From the IMG/VR virus record IMGVR_UViG_3300045988_156211: 64,000 bases of DNA; one strand, written 5' to 3'. Shown here one piece after another: positions 35,966-47,143 of this stretch. Both the position numbers and the translations under genes were made by a program. How positions within the stretch are numbered: the first letter of the stretch is position 1; each line of letters starts with the position of its first letter. This DNA is from a virus. A model generated the notes under the pieces. That model saw only the letters and a program-made list of their open reading frames with translations, was not told the DNA's origin and did no database searches.

Positions 35966-37372
35966 TTATTTTTTACGTATCAATACTAACGTTATATGTG
36001 GAGGTAATATTACTATAGACTTCTGAGATGTCTGTGCTTCTGCCTTATCCTCGTTGTTTATGGGGTTAGTAGTATAACCCCATTGCCTATTGTCATCATC
36101 ATAGTGTTTATGTAAATTGACATAAGTAGCAGAAGCCTTACCACTCCATACATTTATAGAAGGATCACAATCTCCGGTAGTTAACATTGGGTTATCTCTT
36201 GGACCTGATTCTCCACTCATAGCTACATCCTGAACTCCTAACATATGTTTATGCAAAGGCAGTTCTGACTTGTCTATAGTAAATTCATAAGTAGAATTAA
36301 ATCCTCCAGTCTGGCCTGGTACATTAAAGTATATATTATCTTTAATGGTTAAACCACCCTCTTTATAACCTATTATAACTCGGCCTGCACCCTTATTATA
36401 AATCTCCCATCCATCGGGTATTTCCAATGATTCCCATAACATTATAGCTCCAGATGGAACAAGGGCATTCTTTAACTCATTCTGTACATACTCTTTTAAG
36501 GAAGATATTTGCTCATCTATATAATCAGTAACATTCTGACCTTCCTCATTATCCTCAGTAAGATTGCCAAACAAACCATCATACTTAGTTAAACAATCCA
36601 TTACATATTTATGGATTGAAGCTGTATATGGTATGTTATTTGGCCATTTATGATTATATGGTATTAAGCTATAATCTACCATTACTCCATCTACTGACCT
36701 TCTACCATATATGCCTATGATAGTAGAATATATATCATCACTGGGCTTTTCACTACCAAGTATGTTTTCAAATACTAAACCAGATAACCCTTCATAAGAG
36801 AATACCGAGGTATCATATAGATCATGATAGGTATTTTCATTTTCCCATCCATCCCATTTAGTGGGATCTTTAGATATTTGATATAAGTTGTAAAATGATG
36901 TTTTACTCTGTACATCGTTAGAGGTTATGTTTATATTATCATGGTTAAGATAGTATGCCTCAAATGTCAGAGTATCTGGCTTAGCCTCAGTATCAGGTCT
37001 ATGCTTAGCAAATATAACTATATCATATTCTTGGTCACTTCCAGTGTTATTAGAATTAGCCAATGGTACAGTTATATCTTGATCTGTAGCATGTAAGTAT
37101 CCATCTGAGGTTATACATACGTTAATAGCTTTAACATTCTTGTTTATAGCTACATTATGGGATTTTACCAAAGAATTAATATAGTTTATGATAGCTCTAT
37201 TATCTTCTTTAGTAGAAGCCGAATAACCTATGGTTACTACATCTCCACTTTTCTTAAAGTTATTGAATCCACATATTGGACCAATACCCTTGGATATACA
37301 TATTGCCTGACTTAAATCCCAGGACTTCAAGATATTTTCGAAATTAAAAAAGGTTTTGTAACTATTAGCCAT
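35966..37372 (-). CDS. tail fibre / receptor-binding protein with phage tail-collar domain
   Basis: The C-terminal VPSGAIMLWESLEIPDGWEI...GRVIIGY...GQTGG...ELPLHKH matches the tail-collar (MdpB-like) pattern. Confidence 0.65.
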   Translation of the reverse strand: MANSYKTFFNFENILKSWDLSQAICISKGIGPICGFNNFKKSGDVVTIGYSASTKEDNRAIINYINSLVKSHNVAINKNVKAINVCITSDGYLHATDQDITVPLANSNNTGSDQEYDIVIFAKHRPDTEAKPDTLTFEAYYLNHDNINITSNDVQSKTSFYNLYQISKDPTKWDGWENENTYHDLYDTSVFSYEGLSGLVFENILGSEKPSDDIYSTIIGIYGRRSVDGVMVDYSLIPYNHKWPNNIPYTASIHKYVMDCLTKYDGLFGNLTEDNEEGQNVTDYIDEQISSLKEYVQNELKNALVPSGAIMLWESLEIPDGWEIYNKGAGRVIIGYKEGGLTIKDNIYFNVPGQTGGFNSTYEFTIDKSELPLHKHMLGVQDVAMSGESGPRDNPMLTTGDCDPSINVWSGKASATYVNLHKHYDDDNRQWGYTTNPINNEDKAEAQTSQKSIVILPPHITLVLIRKK

Positions 37373-37377
37373 ATCTC

Positions 37378-38031
37378 TTATTTATTAAGGTTGTGGTAAA
37401 AATCTAACTTTATATTATCATAGACCATTTTTATATTAGTATAACACCTATCTTCATTATACCCGCTCTCATTATATATCTCAGATTTCATAGATTCTGA
37501 TACCTGTTTTACCCAATTATCAGTTTCTGTATAATGAGATAATTTGTTTGATTGATATTTATATACATCAAACTTAGAGTTGATATCCTCGAATAGGTTT
37601 TGTACTAATTGGTGTATCTTCTCTTCTGTTTTTTTCCTATTTACTATATTGTTCTCTACTAGTATCCTTTTCACTAACCTCATAGTATTTAAAAAGGCTA
37701 GATCAAATATTGTGTTTGAAGTAGTTTTTATTCTCAACTGAGTTTCAGGTATTAAACCCTCTGAGATATCTTCTATTATCTCATTACTCTTTTTAACAGT
37801 TTCATTCAGCTGATTAAGTTGAAAAGTGTAATTGCTGATAATACCATTTATCAAGTTTTTAAACCATACGAAACAGGATATCATCAATGCAGCAGATAGT
37901 AGTAAAAATACTGCACAAATGATTACGGTTACACCATAGTCATGAATACCCTTAGCTAATTCAATAGAGGCGTTGGTAGCCTGAGATACTTTGTCTAGAC
38001 TACCAACATTTGTTAAAAATAGATTTACCAT
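37378..38031 (-). CDS. single-pass membrane protein within the fibre module
   Basis: Has one strong hydrophobic helix, VTVIICAVFLLLSAALMISCFVWF, followed by a predicted helical region. Confidence 0.5.
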   Translation of the reverse strand: MVNLFLTNVGSLDKVSQATNASIELAKGIHDYGVTVIICAVFLLLSAALMISCFVWFKNLINGIISNYTFQLNQLNETVKKSNEIIEDISEGLIPETQLRIKTTSNTIFDLAFLNTMRLVKRILVENNIVNRKKTEEKIHQLVQNLFEDINSKFDVYKYQSNKLSHYTETDNWVKQVSESMKSEIYNESGYNEDRCYTNIKMVYDNIKLDFYHNLNK

Positions 38032-38035
38032 AGAA

Positions 38036-41000
38036 TCATTTATTTAAAATTAAGGTCATATCAGAATAGAACTGGTCAGTTTTATATATTGACTTTAACT
38101 GTAAGTTTTCTTTTACTACTTCTAATTTATTCCCAATTGTACAAACTGTGTTTACTAACTCTTTAGAGTCTTCATTGTTATCTTGTAGTATAACGTTTAA
38201 TTCAGTAGTATCATCACCAGAATACCTCCTTAACCATAAATTACGTACTGATAACGTCCAGTAACCATCTGAAGGACCCGAAGAAGTATTAATAGTATTG
38301 AAAAAATCAGTGGTATCCTCATCTATTTCTTTTGAGCCAATACTAAGAGTAATGGGTTCTGAGTTACCGTAGGATAATACCAAATCAATACCAACTAACT
38401 GGTACTTAGTACCGGGTATCATGTTTTTAAACTTTACAGTTATACCATAATCCTTAGTTTCTCCAGTATTTTCACTGAAAGATATAGTAGCAGTTATTTC
38501 AGGATTGCTATCGCATTTCCACTTATAAGTACCGAAATCAAAGAAACTAATAACTAATGGAGATTTACCAGATGTTGGAGATGGTTGATTACTCTCTGGG
38601 TTTTTCATATCAGCCGATACTAAACTAACATCAACACCAGATATATAACCACCTTCTCCATCAAGTACTTTTAAAGTAGTAACATTATGACTACTATCCA
38701 CTACTCCACCAGATGGATCAAACTTCATAGAAGCAGGTTCTTTAGATGATGATCCACCTCCTCCAATACACTTAAATGTACTTTTAGATAATATACCATC
38801 ATATTCTACCTTTATAGTAGTAGTACCTATAGTTAGATTATAATCAAACTTATAAGTATCACCATATTGAGAAATAGGTGATTCTACTGATACCCATGAA
38901 GATTCAGGTAAACTAACTATACCTTGATTACTGTAAATCTTAACCTTACTAATATCAACATCTTGCATATATTCTCCCTTAGAATTTAATACCTTAAATG
39001 ATATAGTGATAGTCTTGGGAGAATCCAGTATTTCAGTTTGTGGTTCTATCTCTATGGATTTAGGTCTGATTACCTCTTTTACTGTAAAGGTAGCAGTAAG
39101 TGATGGGTTATCATTAGATTTAAAGGTATATATACCAGGACTGGTTGCTCTAAAAGTAATGGGTGAACCATTTAGTGAACCATCTGGCATTATGATTTTA
39201 TACAGATTAGAAGTTATAGCCTGATCATTAGTGTCAACTAAATGTACATTAGTATCGGCTGTACCAGAACTTGGCATTTCGGCTTCTTTAGGTTCACATA
39301 CTATACTTTTAATAGTCTGAGAAGAACTTAATACAGTAAATGTAGCCATAGCCTTATCCTTATCTGATTCTCCTATTTGATCTATTACACTAGACTTAAT
39401 TGTATAATTACCTATTAAGCTAGTATCATTAGGTAAACCCGTACCTATAAGAGTTATGGTAGAACCAGATATATTTTCAAAGCCTGGGACTAACTTTCCG
39501 TCCTTATATAAATTATACTTTAAACTATTTGATACACTAGGTTTATTCGAATTAATACTTACTTGTATTGTTACTTTGCCATCTTCTGGTCTGTACACTA
39601 CAGTAGAGGGAGTACAAGTAATTACCACTTGCAATGATAGATCTTCAACCTTTACTTCACAATTGGTATATAACCCAGAATACCTAGTCCAACCTATATA
39701 ATTATTTTCTATGGTATCACCTATATTATAGGTTTTACCAGTATCGGTACCAGATACATTAGATCCTTGACCTGGGTCATAATCTTCTGGTAAATGATAC
39801 TCTCTTATGGTATCCACATATTCTGATGGTTCTCCGTTTATACCTCCAAGTATTTTAAACTTTGCTACATCATCTTCTGAAGCTAATTTATATACAGCTT
39901 TAGTAGTCTCAGTATTCCAATCTCCTTCTAAAGGAGAAATCCAGTTTTTAGTATCAATTGGTGATATGTAACTTATCTTTATATCCATTGAAGGTATAGG
40001 AGTATAGTTAACATATCCCAATTTAGAGGTCAACTGAATAGTGTAACCATGATTTATATTACCATTCCTAAGTATATCTACTCTGAATTTCAAAGGAACA
40101 TTACCAAACCCATCTGGGAATAGTTCATCAAATCCACTAGTAGTTGGTTCTATTTTTGGTACAGTATATTTTATATCTCCCTTCTCAAATAGGTTAATCT
40201 GACTTGGGTCCATATCATACCAATAGGGAGTTATCATATATACATATGGCCATTCATCTTTATCTTCCTCAGTATTATTAGAAGAACTACCGCTAAATAG
40301 TAATCTACTCTTAGATTTAACTACTAATCTTATACCACTAACAAATCTAAGTCCTTCGGTATCTTGTGATTCATCTACTGTTGGCCTTATTTTAAAGTTA
40401 AACGTACGATCTTCATCTGATGAAGCTATTACCTGAATACCCTGAGTATCTACGTTATTGTTCTTAAGGTAAACTGTAGATGGAGAAAAATCATATTTAT
40501 ATGAACCTTCGAATACTCCCCAACCCCTTTCTAATAAGTATGTACTTACGTTTATCTGATTTACATCGAGAGTACAATAGAAATAATAGGTTACTCCAGT
40601 AGATGGGGGAGTAAACAGATCTCCATTAGAGTATTCTTCAGTAGAGCCTATCCTTTTTATCTTTAGTAAATTGGGATTATTTACAAATCTTGGATCTTTA
40701 GTTTCTACTATAAGCTTTACTTTAAAATCAGATAGAGGTTGATCATTAGATTCTTGAGATGCTACATATTCGGAAGTATAATTCTCCACATCATCATCAG
40801 GTTTACCCATCAGTACTTTATAGGTATATTCAGGATAAGCCATAACATTATATGACCTGGTTGCTTGTTGATTACCCTTAGTATCTAATAGGTAAAACTT
40901 ATAAGTACCTGGTAATTTAGCTTTATATGTATTACCAGATACTTCAAGATTACTAGGACTATAGTATACCTGGATATTATTATCTATAACTGGTTTTTCT

Positions 41001-42280
41001 TCTTCTACACTGTTAGATCCCCACCTTATAAAGTTACCCTTGTAATCTTCTATTTTCTTACGAGTTTCTCTAGAATGAGTAAGTACTTTAAAGGTTATAG
41101 GAGAACCTTCTTCATCCATAGTATAAAGGGGTAGGTCTTCATTATAACCGTCTACCTCTATGTTGAGTATGTAGGTATCTATACTTACTAACTTATTTAT
41201 TTTAATTGGGTTAGTAGTATTATCGCTATATACATTTTTAAAGATATACTCTCCTGGACCATTAACTACATATACACCATAATCACTGTCTCCAGGACGT
41301 ATAGCATTACTCCAAGTAATACCTCCATCCTTAGATACCATATATGGCTCATTTACTTGAGTATCTCCTATTATACCTACAGAAGTTACGGGTAATTCAA
41401 ATGGCGATTTAAAGTAATCCAGATTTTCTGAATAGTTTACAGTTATGGTATGTTCTACAGATATATCATTACCTACCCATTTTATTTCATAACATACATT
41501 ATATGGTATGAATTTATCTATGAAGTTGATTACAGATTGTTTAAAATCATTCAAACTATCAAAATCAGATAAATCTCCACTGTTTGGTATTGGTATATTG
41601 AAGGTTACCTTTATACACTGAGTACATCGATAGGTGTTATCAAAATAGGTATCCTTATCAGTTAAATTGTATTCACGGTCTAACACAGTAGCATGAGGCA
41701 ATATCTTCTCAGTGTCAGTATTATAATCTCCTTTATAAGAGTAATTCTCTTTATACCAACCATCATAATCTAGAGCTTTAGTTGGATCTTCTATCAGATC
41801 AACACCAGAATCTTCTGTCCAAATGTCATATATAGAAAACATAGTTTTGAAAAACTTTTCAGTACCTCTCCACTTTAATAGTGTTATAGAGTACTTAATA
41901 ATATCTCTCAACTTTTTATCTATGTCTTCTGTATTTGTATAAAATCCTACGGGTAAATTCTCTTTTAACCATAGAGATTCTTTGGCTGAAAAATTTGGGT
42001 CATCAAACCCCTTAAAATAATTAAACCATTTATTAGTATCTATGATGTATCTATTCGCATAAGGAATGCTGCCTAGCATATTCCACAAGTAACCCAAATA
42101 ATATTTAGATGTAGTTTCTATGTTTAAATTATCTAATACACTAGATATTTCGGGAGTAATTACATCATCAAAATAGGTACCACAAATGTTTAAGAATTTT
42201 TCTAATATACCTTTACCATCGGAATCTTTATATGTATCATGAGATTTAAAATAGTAAGGCAAAAAATCTATTAAGTTCAT
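38036..42280 (-). CDS. giant baseplate/fibre protein (1414 aa), gpI/gp7-like N-terminus
   Basis: The N-terminus LIDFLPYYFK...ILEKFLNICGTYFDD...YLWNMLG resembles phage tail protein I. It lies immediately after the gpJ-like gene. The remainder is long and beta-rich (Ig-like by composition). Confidence 0.55.
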   Translation of the reverse strand: MNLIDFLPYYFKSHDTYKDSDGKGILEKFLNICGTYFDDVITPEISSVLDNLNIETTSKYYLGYLWNMLGSIPYANRYIIDTNKWFNYFKGFDDPNFSAKESLWLKENLPVGFYTNTEDIDKKLRDIIKYSITLLKWRGTEKFFKTMFSIYDIWTEDSGVDLIEDPTKALDYDGWYKENYSYKGDYNTDTEKILPHATVLDREYNLTDKDTYFDNTYRCTQCIKVTFNIPIPNSGDLSDFDSLNDFKQSVINFIDKFIPYNVCYEIKWVGNDISVEHTITVNYSENLDYFKSPFELPVTSVGIIGDTQVNEPYMVSKDGGITWSNAIRPGDSDYGVYVVNGPGEYIFKNVYSDNTTNPIKINKLVSIDTYILNIEVDGYNEDLPLYTMDEEGSPITFKVLTHSRETRKKIEDYKGNFIRWGSNSVEEEKPVIDNNIQVYYSPSNLEVSGNTYKAKLPGTYKFYLLDTKGNQQATRSYNVMAYPEYTYKVLMGKPDDDVENYTSEYVASQESNDQPLSDFKVKLIVETKDPRFVNNPNLLKIKRIGSTEEYSNGDLFTPPSTGVTYYFYCTLDVNQINVSTYLLERGWGVFEGSYKYDFSPSTVYLKNNNVDTQGIQVIASSDEDRTFNFKIRPTVDESQDTEGLRFVSGIRLVVKSKSRLLFSGSSSNNTEEDKDEWPYVYMITPYWYDMDPSQINLFEKGDIKYTVPKIEPTTSGFDELFPDGFGNVPLKFRVDILRNGNINHGYTIQLTSKLGYVNYTPIPSMDIKISYISPIDTKNWISPLEGDWNTETTKAVYKLASEDDVAKFKILGGINGEPSEYVDTIREYHLPEDYDPGQGSNVSGTDTGKTYNIGDTIENNYIGWTRYSGLYTNCEVKVEDLSLQVVITCTPSTVVYRPEDGKVTIQVSINSNKPSVSNSLKYNLYKDGKLVPGFENISGSTITLIGTGLPNDTSLIGNYTIKSSVIDQIGESDKDKAMATFTVLSSSQTIKSIVCEPKEAEMPSSGTADTNVHLVDTNDQAITSNLYKIIMPDGSLNGSPITFRATSPGIYTFKSNDNPSLTATFTVKEVIRPKSIEIEPQTEILDSPKTITISFKVLNSKGEYMQDVDISKVKIYSNQGIVSLPESSWVSVESPISQYGDTYKFDYNLTIGTTTIKVEYDGILSKSTFKCIGGGGSSSKEPASMKFDPSGGVVDSSHNVTTLKVLDGEGGYISGVDVSLVSADMKNPESNQPSPTSGKSPLVISFFDFGTYKWKCDSNPEITATISFSENTGETKDYGITVKFKNMIPGTKYQLVGIDLVLSYGNSEPITLSIGSKEIDEDTTDFFNTINTSSGPSDGYWTLSVRNLWLRRYSGDDTTELNVILQDNNEDSKELVNTVCTIGNKLEVVKENLQLKSIYKTDQFYSDMTLILNK

Positions 42281-42282
42281 GG

Positions 42283-43995
42283 CTATACTGTTTCGGTTAT
42301 ATTACAAGAAAGATTTTTCTCATAGAACAAAGCTACATTATAATTAGAAGCCTCATAGTCAGAATTAATGGCTCCCAAATAGATAGAATATTTGTATCCC
42401 ATCTGTTGAGAATTTCCATTTACATTGATATAGAATTCATTATCATTCTTTGTATCCTTAATGAGTACATTACTACTCATATTTAGTTTATCTGAAATGA
42501 ATCCTCCACTTTCAGAATAAATATAATAGGTATTAGAAGATAACACTTCGATGATATAATTCAAAGGAGTATTAGCCTTCTTAAGGTCAAAGCTGAGTAT
42601 ATCTATGGATGTACCGTATATTACTTTTGGCCATGGTGTTACATAGAACTTATTTATATGTAAGTAATCTACAGATTCAAGGTTATCTATCAGGGCATAT
42701 AAATCGGATATACGTACACTATTACCCATGAGAGTACTTACAGGAGAATAAGCATTACCTAAAGCTTCTACTATTTGACTACGGATAAAACTACCCTTGT
42801 ACCCTTTATTACCAGTAACGTCTATATCCAAATTTATGGATACTACACTAACCGATTTTACACTTAACCAAGTAGTTAAAGGAGATCTCAAAGAAATATA
42901 TTCTTTTACCTTTTGACATAATCCTTCTGAAGCTACTGGGTAACCATTATCGGAAGTAACTGCACTTATGTAGATATTCATCTTTCTACCGCAGATATAC
43001 TCTATATTAGCTTGATGTACTCCAGGGTACATTTCAGCTAGATCCTTAAAATCTTGCTTGGTTATGGCTACTTCCCGGGTATTTACACTTAAAGATATAT
43101 GCCTCTTTAAAGTATCAAAATCTTCATAATCGGAACCTCCACTAGCAGGCAATGGGTTATTTATAGTAAAGTCTTTAAGTAAGTCTTCTCCATCATCCTG
43201 AGTATTACTACTGCTACTTATATACCCAGAACCAATATTACTCTTAGACCCATGAGTATATTTATAAGTAATGGTTACATCTGAACTGTGGTCTGTAGGT
43301 ATTTTACCAAAGATGCCATCTCCAAAAACTATTATGGGTATACTATCCTGTATTACCACTTTAAAGTGATTATCTTTAGGACTTGAATTGGCGAATGAAT
43401 TAACTAATGACCATTTCTCAGAACCTATGGTCAATTCCATACTACCTTCTACATAGTATACATCACCATTCAAATCTACTGATATGATATTATCATCTGG
43501 CAGTTTACCCATATTTTCAGTGTTATACTCATACTGAAATACTGATAAATAGGACATGGTTATACCCTGGGATATCTTATATTCCTTATCGGTATACCAA
43601 GTATAACCATAAGCAGTATCTATAAACTTACTGCCAACTGGTATCACAATATCTTTATCTGCTACACCTGTAAGTATAAGATCTGCAGAAGCCGATGTTG
43701 CACCTCTTGGTGAATAATCTACTAAGGCTGCATGTTTTAAAAGTGATGTGTATTTACGAGCGGTAAGTAAAAAAGTTTCTCTACCAAGATTATCAATATA
43801 AAAATGTAATACTTCAGCTATAGCTGAAAACATGGATATTATCAGTACTAAGATGTTTCCTTCTGATAAATCAGATATCAGTGGTTTATCTGGGTTGTTT
43901 GGATCTTTTATAGTTTTTAACTTATCCAATAGCTTTTGTTTAATATCACTAAAAGATCTTTCTAATGGGGTTAACCATTTATTACTTAGTGCCAT
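42283..43995 (-). CDS. baseplate wedge protein, gpJ / T4 gp6-like
   Basis: The N-terminal region SEGNILVLIISMFSAIAEVLHFYIDNLGRETFLLTARKYTSLLKHAALVDYSPRGATSASADL fits the Baseplate_J pattern. It follows the gp25-like gene. Confidence 0.7.
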   Translation of the reverse strand: MALSNKWLTPLERSFSDIKQKLLDKLKTIKDPNNPDKPLISDLSEGNILVLIISMFSAIAEVLHFYIDNLGRETFLLTARKYTSLLKHAALVDYSPRGATSASADLILTGVADKDIVIPVGSKFIDTAYGYTWYTDKEYKISQGITMSYLSVFQYEYNTENMGKLPDDNIISVDLNGDVYYVEGSMELTIGSEKWSLVNSFANSSPKDNHFKVVIQDSIPIIVFGDGIFGKIPTDHSSDVTITYKYTHGSKSNIGSGYISSSSNTQDDGEDLLKDFTINNPLPASGGSDYEDFDTLKRHISLSVNTREVAITKQDFKDLAEMYPGVHQANIEYICGRKMNIYISAVTSDNGYPVASEGLCQKVKEYISLRSPLTTWLSVKSVSVVSINLDIDVTGNKGYKGSFIRSQIVEALGNAYSPVSTLMGNSVRISDLYALIDNLESVDYLHINKFYVTPWPKVIYGTSIDILSFDLKKANTPLNYIIEVLSSNTYYIYSESGGFISDKLNMSSNVLIKDTKNDNEFYINVNGNSQQMGYKYSIYLGAINSDYEASNYNVALFYEKNLSCNITETV

Positions 43996-44007
43996 AGTAT
44001 AATGAGT

Positions 44008-44430
44008 TTAATGATTATTAATATTATCAAAATAAATCTCTAATGATTGTTGATCCGAACTTTGATCTATAGTGTATAAGATGTTTAAGAATATCTTGTC
44101 TCCTTTAAGATATCCTTCTACATCCTTGAATTTTATACGTGGCTCCCACTCTTCTATAGATTCACGTATAAACTGATTAGTTATATATAAAAGTAATGGT
44201 ATCGAGGGTTCTTCTAGTGTTTCCCATAGCCTAGATCCATAATACTCTTGCCTAAATCTCTGATATATCTGGTGTTCAAATAAAGATCTAAGGTTATGTT
44301 TTATTAAATCGGGATCTCCAGAAACTGGATACCATCCACTGAGGTTTGGGTTTTTTGGGTTTTTAGTTATAACTATTGGAAATAGTACACCCTTACCTAT
44401 TAAAGTATCATTTATGTTATTATCCATCAT
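44008..44430 (-). CDS. baseplate protein, gpW / T4 gp25-like
   Basis: IGKGVLFPIVI...DPDLIKHNLRSLFEHQIYQRFRQEYYGSRLWETLEEP matches the GPW_gp25 pattern. Confidence 0.7.
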   Translation of the reverse strand: MMDNNINDTLIGKGVLFPIVITKNPKNPNLSGWYPVSGDPDLIKHNLRSLFEHQIYQRFRQEYYGSRLWETLEEPSIPLLLYITNQFIRESIEEWEPRIKFKDVEGYLKGDKIFLNILYTIDQSSDQQSLEIYFDNINNH

Positions 44431-45095
44431 TGCTTTATTTTAGGATTTTCATAATCTGATTTATTAAATTTAGTGATAGGTTTACTAACCATGTTGTTAG
44501 TAACTCCACTAACACTTGTACCAGAAGTTACACCAGAATGTGTATGAGTATTGAAAGCATTTCTTAGTGTTTCTATCTCATTTACCAGGTTATTGAGTTT
44601 ATCAGTTAACTCCTGTATCTTTACTAAACCTTGGTTATTGCCTTGATTAAATACTACGGTATCTTCACAATCTATAGAAATACGACCTTTAGTATATACA
44701 GTTACTTCTCCCGTATCTTCATTGATGAGGAATTTATGACCACTTTTAGTAATTATACCAAATACGTTTATATCCTTAAAATCTTCGGGTATATGTTTTG
44801 GATCTACCCATCCTAGATAATCCCAAACTGGAGCTCCAACATTTCCTTGTTGAAATAGAGCTATTACTAAATCGCCCTTTTTAGGTATAGGTTTCCTTGA
44901 ACCAAATCCCTTAGAACCATAGTGAGATTTAGCAAAAGCCCAAAAAACATATCCTTCATTTATCTGATAGTTTATTAATTGTAACCTACCCATATTTAAA
45001 GGGTCTTTATTATCTAGTACTTTGCAAATATAAAAAGAATAATATCTACCAAAAGTTTCTAATCCTTCCTCTGATAATATGCTAAACCCGCCCAT
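44427..45095 (-). CDS. baseplate central spike, gpV-like (OB-fold, HxH tip)
   Basis: DPLNMGRLQL...PKKGDLVIALFQQGNVGAPVW matches the gpV/gp5 OB-fold pattern. The C-terminal HTHSGVT resembles the iron-binding HxH apex motif. Confidence 0.65.
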   Translation of the reverse strand: MGGFSILSEEGLETFGRYYSFYICKVLDNKDPLNMGRLQLINYQINEGYVFWAFAKSHYGSKGFGSRKPIPKKGDLVIALFQQGNVGAPVWDYLGWVDPKHIPEDFKDINVFGIITKSGHKFLINEDTGEVTVYTKGRISIDCEDTVVFNQGNNQGLVKIQELTDKLNNLVNEIETLRNAFNTHTHSGVTSGTSVSGVTNNMVSKPITKFNKSDYENPKIKQ

Positions 45096-45098
45096 AAT

Positions 45099-46595
45099 TT
45101 ATCTTTTTACTAAATTTAATATAGTTAGATATCCATTACTATCTATATTATGAGTACAATCCCTGATATACCATTTACCAGACCATTTTGAACCAACATT
45201 ATAGATATTAATGTACTTATAGTTAGTTAGACCTGGTTTACCAACTACGGTTAATTCACAAGTCTTTTCTAACTCAACCTGTTTAGATAGAGCATTTTCT
45301 AAAGCTCCAAGCCTATTACTCAAGCCTGATATCTGGTTAGCTATCTGGTTCTTAAGTTCATAGTTTTCTTTAAGGATCTGTATATCTGGAGATTGATCAG
45401 CAGATCTCATGATAACATCTCCAACACTTACTTGACCTTGCTTAGTACCTTCTACAGTATATGCTTCTACTCTTAAAGCTTTCTCCTTATATGTTTTGGG
45501 AGATACTCCAGGAGCCATACCTCCAGAACTGGTTACTATAGTAGAAGCAGACCTCTTAGTAACTGTTATTGGTTTAGAAGATATTAATACTTCTCCCGGA
45601 TACAAGTAACTATTTGGATCCAACGGATCTGCTCCGGCTTTTACTGGAGATGTTCTAACTACCCTAGAAGTTTTACCTCTATTAAAGGGTTTACCTTTTA
45701 ACCTGGTTACATTGTATTTTGAATTAAACAGTTTACCATGTTTTTTCTTAAAGGATTCTAAATCTCCACCTTCATAATAAAGAGTAGCATAATCTCTAAG
45801 GAACTCTAGATATTCTTGGGGATGCTTTTTAGCATACTCTTCCATTATGTTGTTTACAGCTCTTGGTGATAAAGCATTTACGTCCAGGTTATTAGATACA
45901 TTACCCTTCTTTACATCAGATAATACCTTAAACCTTTTCTTTAAACTACCCAGATATTTTTCTTTATCTTTACTATTACCTATGTATTTTTCTGTTGGAT
46001 CTCCAGGAGCTTTACTACCATATATAGTAGCAACCCGGGTAGCATCCCTCGGAGCATAATCTCTAATCTCTAATTCATACTTACTATCAGGAGATAAGTC
46101 CTTTATCTGATTATCTATAGCATCCTTTAACCGATTGTAAGCAGAACTAACTTGATCATTGTAGGGATCTTTAGGATTTATACGATTTACTCTCATAACG
46201 GGATTACCCGAAGTACCTCCAGTATACTTAGTCTGTAAACTAAATGAAGCTCTAATAAATTCTCCATTTTCATCTTTATAGGTATAATCTGGTACATCTG
46301 AAGTATCCTCGAAATCCCTATTATGTACATAGATAATACCCTGAATAGAATCTATATACCATGGACCTCCGGGTATATTCTTAAAGATATTATTCAACTG
46401 AGAGTATACATTATTACCAGCTACCCCATTAGATGTATTAAGTATAGCCCTTAAATCATCGGGTAACTGGTCTATATCTGGAGTATCATCCAACCCATTA
46501 CTAAATAGGATTGTTCCTTTAGTGTTATCTATTATTGGTTTAGAAGCTTGTACACTTTGGAACACTGGATGATTAGCTAATTCTGTACTTAACAT
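45099..46595 (-). CDS. baseplate hub protein, gpD-like C-terminal part
   Basis: It lies between the LysM protein and the spike. The C-terminus WSGKWYIRDCTHNIDSNGYLTILNLVK resembles the conserved gpD-family end. Confidence 0.45.
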   Translation of the reverse strand: MLSTELANHPVFQSVQASKPIIDNTKGTILFSNGLDDTPDIDQLPDDLRAILNTSNGVAGNNVYSQLNNIFKNIPGGPWYIDSIQGIIYVHNRDFEDTSDVPDYTYKDENGEFIRASFSLQTKYTGGTSGNPVMRVNRINPKDPYNDQVSSAYNRLKDAIDNQIKDLSPDSKYELEIRDYAPRDATRVATIYGSKAPGDPTEKYIGNSKDKEKYLGSLKKRFKVLSDVKKGNVSNNLDVNALSPRAVNNIMEEYAKKHPQEYLEFLRDYATLYYEGGDLESFKKKHGKLFNSKYNVTRLKGKPFNRGKTSRVVRTSPVKAGADPLDPNSYLYPGEVLISSKPITVTKRSASTIVTSSGGMAPGVSPKTYKEKALRVEAYTVEGTKQGQVSVGDVIMRSADQSPDIQILKENYELKNQIANQISGLSNRLGALENALSKQVELEKTCELTVVGKPGLTNYKYINIYNVGSKWSGKWYIRDCTHNIDSNGYLTILNLVKR

Positions 46596-46596
46596 A

Positions 46597-47139
46597 TTAA
46601 AACTTTTTAATGATTACACCAACATCATATCCACAACCTTCTTTAAGCCATTTTAAAAAAGTATCATTACCCGATAAAGGCGAATAAGGTTTTTTATATT
46701 TCATCAAATCTGATTTGTCCTTAGTAAGGATTGTAATAGTTACACCATTATTATCAAATACAGCATCTATTTGCCTTATAACAGTAGATAATATTGGGCT
46801 TGTTAAAAATGAACCATCAGGAAATATATATCCATACTGTATAAATATTTTAGAGTTTTCTTGTAGACCCGAAATATCTATGGTGTTTGGATCTTCGCTT
46901 CTGAATATAAGTTTACCTTCATTACCTGGGTTAGTATTTTTCCTAAATCCTCTAGAACTCCTAGAATTGGCCTCTTGGAAAGTATACCTAAAGGAATCCA
47001 TGTATAGTCCAAGAGGTAAATTCGTTAAGGGATTTAGTATAGGCTGAGAAGCTTCATCAAATAAAGCTATGTATGGTGTACCGGTACCAACATATAGTGT
47101 TGGCTTTTCGGGTTGTTTACTAGATTTAACTGTTGCCAT
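46597..47139 (-). CDS. baseplate hub-associated protein (gpD N-terminal-like)
   Basis: FIQYGYIFPDGSFLTSPILSTVIRQIDAVFDNNGVTITILTKDKSDLM resembles the N-terminal gpD pattern. It is separated from the next ORF by 1 nt. Confidence 0.35.
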   Translation of the reverse strand: MATVKSSKQPEKPTLYVGTGTPYIALFDEASQPILNPLTNLPLGLYMDSFRYTFQEANSRSSRGFRKNTNPGNEGKLIFRSEDPNTIDISGLQENSKIFIQYGYIFPDGSFLTSPILSTVIRQIDAVFDNNGVTITILTKDKSDLMKYKKPYSPLSGNDTFLKWLKEGCGYDVGVIIKKF

Positions 47140-47143
47140 AGTA

